From Ignavibacteriota bacterium (GTDB lineage: Bacteria; Bacteroidota; Ignavibacteria; UBA10030), in contig PMZI01000023.1 of the NCBI GenBank assembly GCA_003170475.1, positions 20,587-84,586 on the forward strand: a DNA stretch of 64,000 bases, written 5' to 3'. Under the pieces are notes generated by a model that was not told the origin of the DNA, did no database searches, and was given only the letters and a program-made list of their open reading frames with translations. The position numbers and the translations under genes were made by a program. Shown here in pieces: positions 1 through 10,203 of this stretch. Numbering within the stretch: position 1 is the first letter of the stretch; each line of letters starts with the position of its first letter.

Positions 1-22
1 GCCTTTTTTGTGTTATAAGGAT

Positions 23-1234
23 ATGCAAAGAGAGAAGCTTGTCGTTCTGTTTACTGTGTTTGTCGATGTCATCGGGTTTGGGATCGTCATCCCGATACTT
101 CCGTTTTATGTGGGATCCTTCGGCGCATCACCCTTCGTCATTACGCTTTTGTTCGCCTCGTTTGCCTTTTTCGCTTTTCTCAGCAGTCCCTTCCTTGGGG
201 CACTCTCAGACAAGATCGGCCGTCGACCCGTCCTTATCGCCAGTATTACCAGTACGGCAATCGGATGGTTTGTCTTCGCAAGCGCAACCAGCATCCCCCT
301 GTTGTTCCTTGGAAGAATCATTGACGGCTCCGCCGCCGGAAACTTTACGGTTGCTCAGGGTTGTCTCATCGATCTTGCGCGCGACGACAAGGAGCGCTCC
401 GCAAACCTCGGCTTGATTGGAGCTGCTTTCGGCGTAGGCTTCATGATCGGACCGTTTCTCGGCGGCTTACTCAGCACCGTTTCCCATGCGTTTCCATTTT
501 GGTGCGCAGGCGGACTTGCAGCGCTCAACACAACGCTGGCGTATTTCTTTCTCCCGGAAACCCATCGCCGGCGCGATCCTCATGCCAGGATATCGTTCAA
601 TCCCCTCGCTCCTCTGGCTCGAGCCGCCGTCAACAAGAAGCTCCGACCATATTTTTCCAGCTGGCTGTTTTTCGCGGTTTCCATCTCCGCCGCACAGTCG
701 ATTTTCGCTTTGTACGGCAAGCATGCGTACAATTTCGATGCATTCAGCACAGGCTTGATCTTCACTTCAACAGGCGTTCTCGCTGCTCTGAACCAGACAC
801 TCCTCCTGCGACGCGTCTGGCTCAGGTACTTTACCGAAGCACGCCTGGAAATTATTATGACCATCATGTTGGGGGTGAGTTTTATCTTCTTTGGTTCGGA
901 CGTGCTTCCGTTGTTCTATCTCGCCCTCCCGCTGTTTGCCACAGCACAATCAGTGCAACGCGTCGTTATCACGAGCCAGGTGACCGGGCACGTCGACCCC
1001 CTGATGAAAGGCGAAGCCCTTGGAATTCTTACCTCACTGATGGCTGCATCCATGGTTGTCGGCCCGATTATCGGAGGTGCGCTGTTCGAAATCCACGATG
1101 GCTACCCATACTTCTTTGCCGGCCTCCTCATGCTCGTCTCCCTTTTCATGACACTTCAGTTTAGAAAATCTCCACCAGATCGTCTCCAACCGGTTGTCGT
1201 CCCCGTGAACCAAGCCGAAAGTTCACTGAGGTGA
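23..1234 (+). CDS. MFS transporter (TetA / drug-H+ antiporter-like)
   Basis: ORF 8..1234 opens on TTG; the first ATG is at 23 (MQREKLVV). About 12 hydrophobic spans. MFS motif-A-like GALSDKIGRRPVL follows TM2. Confidence 0.8.
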   Translation: MQREKLVVLFTVFVDVIGFGIVIPILPFYVGSFGASPFVITLLFASFAFFAFLSSPFLGALSDKIGRRPVLIASITSTAIGWFVFASATSIPLLFLGRIIDGSAAGNFTVAQGCLIDLARDDKERSANLGLIGAAFGVGFMIGPFLGGLLSTVSHAFPFWCAGGLAALNTTLAYFFLPETHRRRDPHARISFNPLAPLARAAVNKKLRPYFSSWLFFAVSISAAQSIFALYGKHAYNFDAFSTGLIFTSTGVLAALNQTLLLRRVWLRYFTEARLEIIMTIMLGVSFIFFGSDVLPLFYLALPLFATAQSVQRVVITSQVTGHVDPLMKGEALGILTSLMAASMVVGPIIGGALFEIHDGYPYFFAGLLMLVSLFMTLQFRKSPPDRLQPVVVPVNQAESSLR

Positions 1235-1406
1235 ACGGAGGCCGACCATCAACGCCGCGGTGAAGCTCCGACCGGACGATGGAATCTTCCCGTTTCATCC
1301 GTTGTTCCGATAGAAGATCATTGTCAGATTTTCTGCGTCGCTTCTTTGTTTCATTCACGCTGCGGTTGGTTCTTCATTCAACGGAACTCCAACAAAGGAT
1401 CGCGTC

Positions 1407-1784
1407 ATGGATATTCTCATCTTGCTTCCTGCTGTCATTCATATGTACATCTTTTCTCTCGAGAGCCTTCTTTGGGACCGTCCATCGACGATGCGAGCGT
1501 TTGGACTCTCGCCCGATGAGGCTAAGACGACAAAGCTGTTCGCATGGAATCAAGGCTTCTATAATCTTCTGTTGGCGATCGCGATTTTCGCCGGCTGGTG
1601 CTTGAGACACGGCGTTGTGCTGATGAGCGATGGAGTGATCGCCGGGAATGTTTTGATCCTCTACGGATTGGTATCGATTTCGATTGCAGGAATCGTTCTT
1701 TTTCTATCTGCCCGACGGCTCTGGAGATCGGCTCTGCTGCAAACTGTTCCTGCTTTCATTGGCCTGATCATCCTCGGAACATAG
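1407..1784 (+). CDS. DUF1304-like small membrane protein
   Basis: 125 aa with four hydrophobic spans. The pattern IHMYIFSLESLLW...AWNQGFYNLLLA resembles DUF1304 proteins as I remember them. Confidence 0.6.
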   Translation: MDILILLPAVIHMYIFSLESLLWDRPSTMRAFGLSPDEAKTTKLFAWNQGFYNLLLAIAIFAGWCLRHGVVLMSDGVIAGNVLILYGLVSISIAGIVLFLSARRLWRSALLQTVPAFIGLIILGT

Positions 1785-1798
1785 GAGTAACGAACGAT

Positions 1799-2572
1799 AT
1801 GGTGCAGTTGAAAACAGTTGTTTTCATTCATGGTCTCTTCCAGAATCCCAAGAGTTGGGACCGATGGGTAAGATACTTCGCCGATCGAGGATACGCCTGT
1901 CATGCGCCCGCATACCCGTTTCACGACGGTGATCCAACCAACCTCCGAGCGAACATACACCCAGACCTCGGCGACCTTACCTTTGCACAGGTTGTTCACA
2001 GCTTCGGGGCGGTGATTGATGCCCTTCCCGAGCCTCCTCTGCTCGTTGGACATTCGATGGGTGGTTTGGTCGTGCAAAAACTCATTTCCCAGAATCGCGG
2101 CCTCGCCGGCATCTGCATCGACACCGCTCCACCAAAGGGTGTGTTCAGTATGAAATGGAGTTTTCTCAAGTCGAACCTCCCGACCATCAATCCGTTGAAG
2201 GGCAACAGCCCGTGCTTGCCCTCTGTTGAATGGTTCCAATACGCATTCTGCAACACGATGACGTTTGAGCAAGCGAAGAAGGAGTACGATCTTCTTGTCG
2301 TGCCGGAGAGCAGAAACATACCAAGAAGCAGTGCGGGCGCTGACGGTATCATTGATTTCAAGAAGTCTCATGCACCGCTTCTCTTCATCGCCGGAGAAAA
2401 GGACCACATCATCCCCTCGTCGCTGAACCTGAAGAACTGCAGAGCTTACAAAGATCCCAAGAGCGTCTGTGACTTCAAAGAATTTCCCAGACGGACGCAT
2501 TTCATTTGCGGACAGCCTGGATGGGAAGAGGTGGCTCAATATGTTGAACAGTGGATTTCCAAACTCAAGTGA
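1799..2572 (+). CDS. alpha/beta hydrolase
   Basis: ORF 1598..2572, but the ATG at 1799 (MVQLKTVVFIHG) sits 15 nt after the upstream stop. Has the nucleophile elbow GHSMGG and an HG oxyanion region FIHGLF. Confidence 0.8.
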   Translation: MVQLKTVVFIHGLFQNPKSWDRWVRYFADRGYACHAPAYPFHDGDPTNLRANIHPDLGDLTFAQVVHSFGAVIDALPEPPLLVGHSMGGLVVQKLISQNRGLAGICIDTAPPKGVFSMKWSFLKSNLPTINPLKGNSPCLPSVEWFQYAFCNTMTFEQAKKEYDLLVVPESRNIPRSSAGADGIIDFKKSHAPLLFIAGEKDHIIPSSLNLKNCRAYKDPKSVCDFKEFPRRTHFICGQPGWEEVAQYVEQWISKLK

Positions 2573-2787
2573 TAGCAGGGTATTGTCGGCCTTCACTTTT
2601 ACTGACCTATGATGCCATGGTTCTTTCTCCTTATCGATGAGGGTCAGTCGGGAGACAAGGCGGGGCGCCACCTTCGCCTCCAACCCACAACAATTCCACG
2701 ATGCCTACACCAAGAGAATTGCCGGTGTGTTGACGGGGAGAGCGCGTATTTGGTTGGACGAATAGAGTTTAATGTCTATTATCATTC

Positions 2788-3984
2788 ATGCGTTCAGGAT
2801 TTGCTGTCTTGACTTTGGTGCTCGCGGTAATGACGGGGGTTCGGGGCCAGACCTCCCTCAGCAGCGAAGCATCACCCTCTTTTGTAGCGGGATTTCGCGC
2901 TTCCCGGATTCTCAGCAACTATCCCAACAGGCAATTTCCCTCACCCGAATACTGGATTTCCGCTGGTCAACGAATGGCGCAGAAGTTCTCAGGCGCATCA
3001 CCTGCGGGCATATGGATTGTCAGTCTCTACCAAGACAACGGTGTGACACAGATGAACTTCCCCGGCAACGGGAACTCGTATCCCTACATCCAATTCATCA
3101 GCACAGACCAGAATGAAGCGTACCTCTCGAGATTCGATTCCGCCGGTGTCAACATCTGGTTGCAAGTCGAGCCAGGGGCTGCTTCCATGGACACGCTGAT
3201 CACTCTTGTTTTGGGACGTTACAAACAACATCCCTGCGTCAAGGGCTTCGGTGTAGACGTCGAGTGGTTCTACGCGAACACAAGCTCCGGCGGACGCAAG
3301 GTCACTGACGCCGAGGCGCTTGCCTGGGAAACAAAAGTGAAGTCTTTCGACCCGTCATATGCGCTCTTTCTGAAGCACTATGCGACAAGCTGGATGCCTC
3401 CTTCCTACCGCGGAAGCATACTCTTCGTCGACGACAGCCAGCAGTTTCCTTCATTGAACTCCATGGTGAGTGAATTCAAGGCATGGGGAAGCAAAATCTC
3501 TCCAAACAATGTAGCATTTCAGTTCGGGTATCCGATCGACACGACATGGTGGAAGCAGTACGCTGATCCGCCGCTGACCATCGGGAGCGCTCTCCGATTG
3601 GCCGTTCCGAATTGCACCGGACTCTTCTGGGTTGATTTCACAATAACGACCGTGCTCCCACCGACGTCCATCCAAGAAACTCCGTTTGATGGACCGCTTA
3701 CGTTCGAACTTTCACAGAATTATCCTAATCCATTCAATCCGGCAACGGTCGTTTCCTATCAGCTGCGAGTGGAAAGCGACGTGATACTCAAGGTGTTCAA
3801 CGCTCTCGGTCAGGAGGTTGCCACCCTTGTTCACGAGCACGAAATGGCAGGGTCTCACTCTGTTCAATGGAATGCATCCAATGTTTGCAGTGGCACGTAT
3901 CTTTACAACCTGCAAGCCCACCACGTCTCCGGCGGGAGGGCGAGTGAATTCAACGAGACAAAGAAGATGCTCCTCTTGAAGTAA
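2788..3984 (+). CDS. secreted protein, possible TIM-barrel glycosidase-like domain, with T9SS C-terminal sorting domain
   Basis: Signal peptide MRSGFAVLTLVLAVMTGVRG. C-terminal ~93 aa (nt 3703..3981) carries NYPNPFNPAT and a beta-sandwich-like tail ending LLLK. The catalytic-domain guess rests only on WLQVEPG / GVDVEW patterns. Confidence 0.55.
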   Translation: MRSGFAVLTLVLAVMTGVRGQTSLSSEASPSFVAGFRASRILSNYPNRQFPSPEYWISAGQRMAQKFSGASPAGIWIVSLYQDNGVTQMNFPGNGNSYPYIQFISTDQNEAYLSRFDSAGVNIWLQVEPGAASMDTLITLVLGRYKQHPCVKGFGVDVEWFYANTSSGGRKVTDAEALAWETKVKSFDPSYALFLKHYATSWMPPSYRGSILFVDDSQQFPSLNSMVSEFKAWGSKISPNNVAFQFGYPIDTTWWKQYADPPLTIGSALRLAVPNCTGLFWVDFTITTVLPPTSIQETPFDGPLTFELSQNYPNPFNPATVVSYQLRVESDVILKVFNALGQEVATLVHEHEMAGSHSVQWNASNVCSGTYLYNLQAHHVSGGRASEFNETKKMLLLK

Positions 3985-4540
3985 CGCCACTGGCCAGATG
4001 GTTGAAGTGAGATCATCCCACGAAGCTGCATCCCAGTATAACCCATCCTCTTCCTTACTCTTCCGACACGTTTCAAAATTGTTCTCAACATCTCTGGGCA
4101 ACATGCCAACCGAGTTAAATTCCTTTAATCGCTAAACCTTCGAGATCACTCGGCATCAAAGCCATACAGTTCGAAGCCGAACGTACCACGAGGAGCAACT
4201 GTTCTATAAGTAAGTACCTGGACATGTGGCTTTGAGTCCACACTTTGATTTTCTCTTCATCAGAATCAAAGCACTGGATATCGCCGTTTAGCTGACATAA
4301 GAGTGTTTACTTCTTCTGCAAGTTGTCGGCATCGTTGTTGCTGCTCCTTCTGGGAGAGACACACAGTGTCGAAGGAATCGCGATTGAAGGGAAACATTCC
4401 ACAGTACTATTCATGTATATCTGGCGCCCGTAGATGCACCGTGGGTTGAAGGCCAGTTCGCGGTACTCATGGCAGGACTGGTCATGGTTGGCATGATCCG
4501 ACGTGCGTTGGGATAAGTGAAGAAAGGACAGATTACAGCT

Positions 4541-6430
4541 ATGATCCGATTAGAAAAGCAGACCCGTTACATTCAAAGGCGCCACCTTGAGGAAGCATTT
4601 TTCACCCTCCTCCTCGTTGTTGCCCCAATTCTTTGCTTGGCTCAGGCAGTGGTGTATGTTTCGCCTGTGCCGGGTTCGAGCCTGGTATCTCCGAATTCCA
4701 ATATCATCATCAGAACGAAGGGGTCTGTGAATTCCTCGGTTGTCCACGACCCATCCTTGTTCTCGGTAAATGGATCAGTGAGCGGAGTTCATACGGGCAC
4801 AACCATACTCTCCGATGATCAAGAAACAATCACCTTCCAACCAACGGACTCGTTTGCACCGGGGGAAGTTGTGGGCGTGGCGGTGAAGCTGAAGGGAACC
4901 CCGGCCGAGCCAATGGCGTTCACTTTCACGATCACTCCACTTTCTGTCTCGGATCGAGCATCGCTCATGAGCAAAGCGGGGGGTTTTTCCGCTGCTGTGG
5001 ATCAACCTTTGAACCCGCCTGGGGCGTCTCCACCTTCGCGTTTGGCTAAAGTTCAGAGTGACACGCTTCCTTTTGATTTTTCTACTATGATCATCGATCA
5101 GAACAACAGCCCGGCGGCAGGAGATGTCTTCTTGGCGACGTTCAAGATCAACATCTCGCCTGATAGTACACAGGGGAGTCTTGTTCCGTCGAATGAGCAA
5201 TATCTTTTGATTCTTTCTAATGACGGCACTCCCGTCTACCATCAAAAACTCGCCACACTTGCTACAGATTTCAAGATGCAGCAAAATGGCAATCTTACGT
5301 ACTTTAACTATGCCCGAGGGAAGTTCTTTGAACTTGACAGCAGTTACGCGGTTGTTGATAGCTTCGAGTGTGGCAATGGTTACCAGACCGACAACCATGA
5401 GTTGCTTCTCCTGCCCAATGGCCACGCCCTCTTGCTCGGCTTGGACCCGCAATATGTCGATATGAGCAGGATTGTTTCGGGGGGTGCTCTGTCTGCAACG
5501 GTGATTGGGAATGTCATTCAGGAGCTCGATCAAGACAAGAATGTCGTGTTCCAGTGGAGGACCTTCGATCATTTCCAAATTACTGATGCAACACATGAGA
5601 ATCTCCTCGCACAGACGATCGATTATGTCCACGCGAACGCACTGGACATCGATCGCGACGGTAACATTCTCATCTCAAGCCGTCACTTGGACGAGATCAC
5701 AAAGATTGATCGGCAGACAGGAAGCATCATTTGGCGATGGGGCGGAAAGAACAACCAGTTCGCGTTTACCGACGACCCCATCGGGTTTTCCCATCAGCAT
5801 TCTATCCGCCGCACCCCGACGGGTACGCTCATTCTTTTTGACGACGGCAATTTCCATACACCTCGCTATTCGAGGGCAGTCGAATACACGATGGACGAAC
5901 AAGCGAAGAGCGTGTCGCTCGCGTGGCAATTCAGGCACACACCCGATGTGTATGCATTTGCGATGGGTTCTGTCGAACGCCTTCCTAATGGAAATACGTT
6001 CATTGGTTGGGGAGCAACGAACACTGCGGTGACCGAAGTTCGCCCCGATGGCACGGTCGCCTACGATCTTCGATTGCCGGACAGTGTTATCAGTTATCGG
6101 GCATTTCGTTTCCCGTGGAAATCAGCGGCACTTGTGACGGAAGTCAAGAATACCTTTGACGTCCCCACTTCTTATGCTCTTGCTCAGAACTACCCCAATC
6201 CCTTTAATCCGAGCACGAAAATTCAATTCAGCGTTCCCCGGCAGTCGGATGTGCGATTGAAGATCTATGATATGATCGGGCGCGAAGTTGCTACGCTGGT
6301 GGACGAATCGAAGCCGGCGGGGACATACACTGTTCAGTTCGACGCGTCACGGCTGGCGAGCGGTGTATACTGTTATCGACTGACAACATCTGGCCAGGCG
6401 CTGACGAAACTCATGATGCTCATTAAATAG
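4541..6430 (+). CDS. arylsulfotransferase (ASST)-family beta-propeller protein with T9SS C-terminal domain
   Basis: ORF 4517..6430 (GTG); ATG at 4541. Signal peptide ends LCLAQA. ASST-like core DYVHANALDIDRDGNILISSRHLDEITKIDRQTGSIIWRWGG...FSHQHS...LFDDGN. CTD at 6170..6427 (NYPNPFNPST). Confidence 0.75.
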   Translation: MIRLEKQTRYIQRRHLEEAFFTLLLVVAPILCLAQAVVYVSPVPGSSLVSPNSNIIIRTKGSVNSSVVHDPSLFSVNGSVSGVHTGTTILSDDQETITFQPTDSFAPGEVVGVAVKLKGTPAEPMAFTFTITPLSVSDRASLMSKAGGFSAAVDQPLNPPGASPPSRLAKVQSDTLPFDFSTMIIDQNNSPAAGDVFLATFKINISPDSTQGSLVPSNEQYLLILSNDGTPVYHQKLATLATDFKMQQNGNLTYFNYARGKFFELDSSYAVVDSFECGNGYQTDNHELLLLPNGHALLLGLDPQYVDMSRIVSGGALSATVIGNVIQELDQDKNVVFQWRTFDHFQITDATHENLLAQTIDYVHANALDIDRDGNILISSRHLDEITKIDRQTGSIIWRWGGKNNQFAFTDDPIGFSHQHSIRRTPTGTLILFDDGNFHTPRYSRAVEYTMDEQAKSVSLAWQFRHTPDVYAFAMGSVERLPNGNTFIGWGATNTAVTEVRPDGTVAYDLRLPDSVISYRAFRFPWKSAALVTEVKNTFDVPTSYALAQNYPNPFNPSTKIQFSVPRQSDVRLKIYDMIGREVATLVDESKPAGTYTVQFDASRLASGVYCYRLTTSGQALTKLMMLIK

Positions 6431-6460
6431 AATCGAATTCTGCATACGTTCATCAACTGA

Positions 6461-6505
6461 GGAAGCAGACGCTGAACCATTGGAGTCTGCTCCTTCAGCG
6501 TTTTG
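6461..6505 (+). terminator. stem-loop plus T-run after the first ASST gene
   Basis: Two alternative hairpins: GCAGAC/GTCTGC or ACGCTGAA/TTCAGCGT, followed by TTTG. Confidence 0.4.
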
Positions 6506-6568
6506 TGGGGCGACGAACAAAGAGTTAGTGAGCCGACCTTAGTAATCATTATCTAAGAAGGAGGAGAT

Positions 6569-8491
6569 TTGAGGCAATCAAATTTGTGGTGGAGCACGGC
6601 GCTTGATGACATGTCTTTGGCGAGGCGGGTCTCCTGTTTGTTCTTCCTCCTCATCCCTCTTTTTTCCTTTTCTCAGACCATTCCTCGTTCCATCGAATAT
6701 CTTTCTCCTGTTCCGGGTTCTACGTTGGTGTCTCAGCGGTCCAATATTATCATCCGCACGAAGAATCTCATTGACCCCTCGCTCGTTATCGGTGCTACGT
6801 TGGTAAGCGTGTCGGGTTCAACGAGCGGCGAACATGCGGGCACGTTGACGATTTCCGATGATGGGAGAACAGTGTTGTTTGAACCCTCCCGGGCTTTTGC
6901 ACCAAATGAAATCGTCACCGTGCGAGTGTCTCCGCGAATGTTCTCGGGCACGACCGAAAACGCCCGACCACTGGAATTCAGTTTCAGCGTAACACCCGTC
7001 TCGAGCCTGGACCAGGAAGTCCTTCTGAATCGCCGGGGGAACTCTGATCTTCCTCGTTCATCCCCAAGAGAAGGATACAATGCGGGGCAGAAAACTCAAC
7101 TGCGGAAGATTGTCTCCGATTCGCTCCCGGCCGGCTTTCCCCCGCGTACGATCATCACCTCCGGAGCAACTGCTCCGGGACTTTTGTTTCTCGCGACGTT
7201 CAAGATCGCTGAGGCAAGCGACCATCTCTTTTTCGTTTCACTTGTCCCATCCGACAAACAGTATCTGATGATTCTCGACAATACAGCAAAGCCTCTTTTC
7301 TACAGAACAACCGGCTCGATGGCCTTTGACTTCAAGCTCCAACCGAACGGGTACCTCACTTATTATGATGACGTTGACAACACCTTCTATGAACTGGACA
7401 GCAACTATACCATCATCGGCAGCTTCAAAGCCGGGAACGGGTATCGGACCAATCCCCACGACCTTCTTGTGCTTCCGAATGGCCATGCATTGATGTTGGC
7501 AGATGATCCGGAGATTGTTGATATGAGCGGTCTCGTCCCGGGAGGAAATTCTTATGCAACAATCATCGGAGCTGTCATCCAGGAACTTGACCAGAACAAG
7601 AAAGTGATTTTTCAGTGGAGGAGCTTTGATCACTTTCAGCCCACGGATGCGACGCGGGAGAATATGACCTCTTCGGTCGTTGACGTTGTCCACCCCAATA
7701 CTATTGAGGTCGACACCGATGGGAACCTGATATTGTCGAGTCGTCACATGGATGAGATCACAAAGATCGATCGGCAAACAGGTGGGATCATCTGGCGATG
7801 GGGAGGGAAGCATAATCAGTTCACTTTCACCAATGACACCATCGGGTTCTCCCATCAACATTCCATTCGCCGCACTTCGACGGGATCCCTCATGCTTCTC
7901 GATAACGGAAATTACCGTCCCACTCCCGGTTCACGGGTGCTGGAGTACTCGATGGATGAGCAAGCGAAGAGGGTCACGCTCCTCTGGGAATACAGGCATG
8001 TTCCGGAAATAAAAGCTGTCGCGATGGGTTCTGCCGAGCGTCTTCCGAATGGAAACACGCTCATTGGATGGGGCTCAGCGAGTCCGGCGGTCACCGAGGT
8101 GCGTCCCGACAAATCGGTCGTCTTCGAGCTCCAGTTACCAGACAGCATTGTCAGTTATCGCGCTTTCCGTTTTCCGTGGAAGCAACCGCCATCCGTTACC
8201 ACGGTTCTCCCTGAAAGTGACGTTCCGCGATTCTTCTCGCTCACTCAAAACTATCCCAACCCTTTCAATCCCACGACGAGGATACAGTTTAGTCTCCCAA
8301 AGGCTACGACTGTTCATCTCGAAGTGTTTGATCTGCTCGGCCGGTCGGTCGCGACACTTGTTGAGGGGTTCAAGTCGGCGGGGACGCATTCTGTTCAATT
8401 CGATGGATCACGGATTGCTTCCGGAATCTATCTCTACCGCTTATCTACACCGGAGACATCGTTCACGCGAATTATGGCTTTGATCAAATAG
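6569..8491 (+). CDS. arylsulfotransferase (ASST)-family protein with T9SS C-terminal domain, tandem paralog
   Basis: Colinear with the upstream gene and shares the core motifs (HPNTIEVDTDGNLILSSRHMDEITKIDRQTGGIIWRWGG, FSHQHS). AAGGAGG lies just upstream of the TTG at 6569. CTD at 8231..8488. Confidence 0.75.
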   Translation: MRQSNLWWSTALDDMSLARRVSCLFFLLIPLFSFSQTIPRSIEYLSPVPGSTLVSQRSNIIIRTKNLIDPSLVIGATLVSVSGSTSGEHAGTLTISDDGRTVLFEPSRAFAPNEIVTVRVSPRMFSGTTENARPLEFSFSVTPVSSLDQEVLLNRRGNSDLPRSSPREGYNAGQKTQLRKIVSDSLPAGFPPRTIITSGATAPGLLFLATFKIAEASDHLFFVSLVPSDKQYLMILDNTAKPLFYRTTGSMAFDFKLQPNGYLTYYDDVDNTFYELDSNYTIIGSFKAGNGYRTNPHDLLVLPNGHALMLADDPEIVDMSGLVPGGNSYATIIGAVIQELDQNKKVIFQWRSFDHFQPTDATRENMTSSVVDVVHPNTIEVDTDGNLILSSRHMDEITKIDRQTGGIIWRWGGKHNQFTFTNDTIGFSHQHSIRRTSTGSLMLLDNGNYRPTPGSRVLEYSMDEQAKRVTLLWEYRHVPEIKAVAMGSAERLPNGNTLIGWGSASPAVTEVRPDKSVVFELQLPDSIVSYRAFRFPWKQPPSVTTVLPESDVPRFFSLTQNYPNPFNPTTRIQFSLPKATTVHLEVFDLLGRSVATLVEGFKSAGTHSVQFDGSRIASGIYLYRLSTPETSFTRIMALIK

Positions 8492-8590
8492 GATGGTGCA
8501 TTCTGTCGTGAGGATATTGATTCGTGGGTCGTTGGCTCGCGAGGTCAGAATGCCAACCCGATGAGCGGATAGTGTGTGAGAAACAGAACA

Positions 8591-8623
8591 GCCCGGGTTC
8601 TTGCGATCCCGGGCTTTTGTTTT
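8591..8623. terminator. rho-independent terminator between convergent genes
   Basis: GCCCGGG-ttcttgcgat-CCCGGGC followed by TTTTGTTTT. Confidence 0.7.
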
Positions 8624-8637
8624 GATGACTCCTTCTG

Positions 8638-9438
8638 CTATTTTCCTTTGATTTTCTCCAGCAAATCGGTCGCATCCTTGCGGAACTGTCCATCGTCTTC
8701 ATCCATTGTTGCGAGAGACGGAATGGCGTTCAAGTGAGTACGCGCTTTTTCATATTCGTCTTGCTCAACGTACACACGAGCGCAGTCGAGATGGTACATG
8801 ATAAAGTTCGGCCGCAAAGCGATTGCCTTTTCGCAATTCTTGACCGCATCATCGAGGTTGGCCCATCCCAAGCCCAACGGCCAGCGAACTATCCTCGGCT
8901 TTTCGCAAACCTTCATATGCGTTCTGCCCAGAACGTAGTACGCTGCTGCGTCGTTCGGATCAAGCGCAATTGCCTTTTCGCAATCCGCTTTCACTTGCTT
9001 CACGAGATCGAGAGACTCCCAGACACCTTTGAACAGTGCTATCCGACCGTTCGCGATCGCCCGCCGTGTGTACGCCATGGCTCCGTTCGCATTGGCGGCG
9101 ATGGCTTTGTTCGCAAACTCTCGGGATTTCTCATAGACTTCCAGCTGTTTTGCCTTTTCCTGTTCTGTCCCCGCCGGCAGATGTTCACCGAGATCAACAA
9201 GGGAGCGGCTGATGCGCCAGAGTATTTCATGATTGCCTGGTTCCAGTGCGAGCGCCGCCTCATAACTGTCGAGCGCTTTCTGGTTCTCGAACGTCTTCTC
9301 GGAATACATGTTTCCCTGAGCAATCAACTGATCCACGCGCGATGAGTCCGGCGCAGACGCAAAGAGTTGAGCAGCCCAGGAGACCGACAACACGAACACA
9401 CAGAGCACGAGCCGTTCTCGTTGGACGGATGTTTTCAC
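8638..9438 (-). CDS. secreted TPR-repeat protein
   Basis: ORF 8638..9507. An in-frame GTG at 9438 lies 9 nt downstream of GGAGG and yields the signal peptide VKTSVQRERLVLCVFVLSVSWAAQLFA. Repeated A-x-x-x-Y/F...AL..P.. helical pairs. Confidence 0.7.
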   Translation of the reverse strand: MKTSVQRERLVLCVFVLSVSWAAQLFASAPDSSRVDQLIAQGNMYSEKTFENQKALDSYEAALALEPGNHEILWRISRSLVDLGEHLPAGTEQEKAKQLEVYEKSREFANKAIAANANGAMAYTRRAIANGRIALFKGVWESLDLVKQVKADCEKAIALDPNDAAAYYVLGRTHMKVCEKPRIVRWPLGLGWANLDDAVKNCEKAIALRPNFIMYHLDCARVYVEQDEYEKARTHLNAIPSLATMDEDDGQFRKDATDLLEKIKGK

Positions 9439-9576
9439 GGTGGAGAGCCTCCTTGTGATGGAAAGGTAGTGAGTTTGAAGAAAGAAATGAAAGACGGGAA
9501 TTACCAAGCTGCAAATTCGAAATCCTAGGGGTTTTGCATCCGCAATTCCTTTTTGAATTTCGGATTTCGTATTTCC

Positions 9577-10176
9577 TTAGCTGTTTCGGGCTTCGAGCTT
9601 CTGGATCTCGTCACGAATCTTTGCCGCTTTTTCGTACTCTTCTTTCGCCACCGCCTCATGCAGATGCTGGTGAAGTTCTTCGAGTCGCGAGAGTTTGATT
9701 TTCGGTTTTTCGGTCGATGGGTGCTCAGGTTCAGGGACAGCAGCTGTGGCGGCAGGCTTGTCGGCTTCGTCACCATCCGGTACGAATCCGGCTTCATCCA
9801 TAACTTTATCCGCTACGAAGATGGGTACATTGTAACGGACCGCCAATGCAATGGCATCGCTGGGACGGGAATCGACTTCCTGGGAATCGAGGCTGAGCCT
9901 CGCATAGAAGGTTCCGTCTTTGAGATCGTTGATAAAGACGTCCGTGAGGCTGGCTCCGAGTGAATCCATGACATTTTTCAGGAGGTCATGGGTCAACGGG
10001 CGTGGAGGCTTGATCCCTTCCATTTCCAGAGCGATCGACTGCGCTTCAAATGCTCCGATAATGATGGGCAGCCGACGCAGTCCGTTCACTTCCTTCAAGA
10101 TCAGCGCGTACGCGCCGCCGCTCGACGGACTCGTGGACAATCCCATGATATCGACTTGAATCCTCTCCACAGCCAC
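9577..10176 (-). CDS. bifunctional nuclease (BFN/DUF151) with C-terminal UVR motif
   Basis: N-terminal LILKEVNGLRRLPIIIGAFEAQSIALEMEG...RPLTHDL pattern. C-terminal UvrB/C-type motif EEYEKAAKIRDEIQKLE. Confidence 0.75.
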   Translation of the reverse strand: MAVERIQVDIMGLSTSPSSGGAYALILKEVNGLRRLPIIIGAFEAQSIALEMEGIKPPRPLTHDLLKNVMDSLGASLTDVFINDLKDGTFYARLSLDSQEVDSRPSDAIALAVRYNVPIFVADKVMDEAGFVPDGDEADKPAATAAVPEPEHPSTEKPKIKLSRLEELHQHLHEAVAKEEYEKAAKIRDEIQKLEARNS

Positions 10177-10203
10177 TGCTCCTTGACCTGCTGTTGTGCC
10201 CGG

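Noticed and set aside
1661-2683. 340-aa ORF antisense to the alpha/beta hydrolase gene
   Set aside because: Shadow ORF. The plus-strand product has clear hydrolase motifs (GHSMGG), and the minus-strand translation is Arg/Ser-rich with no domain.
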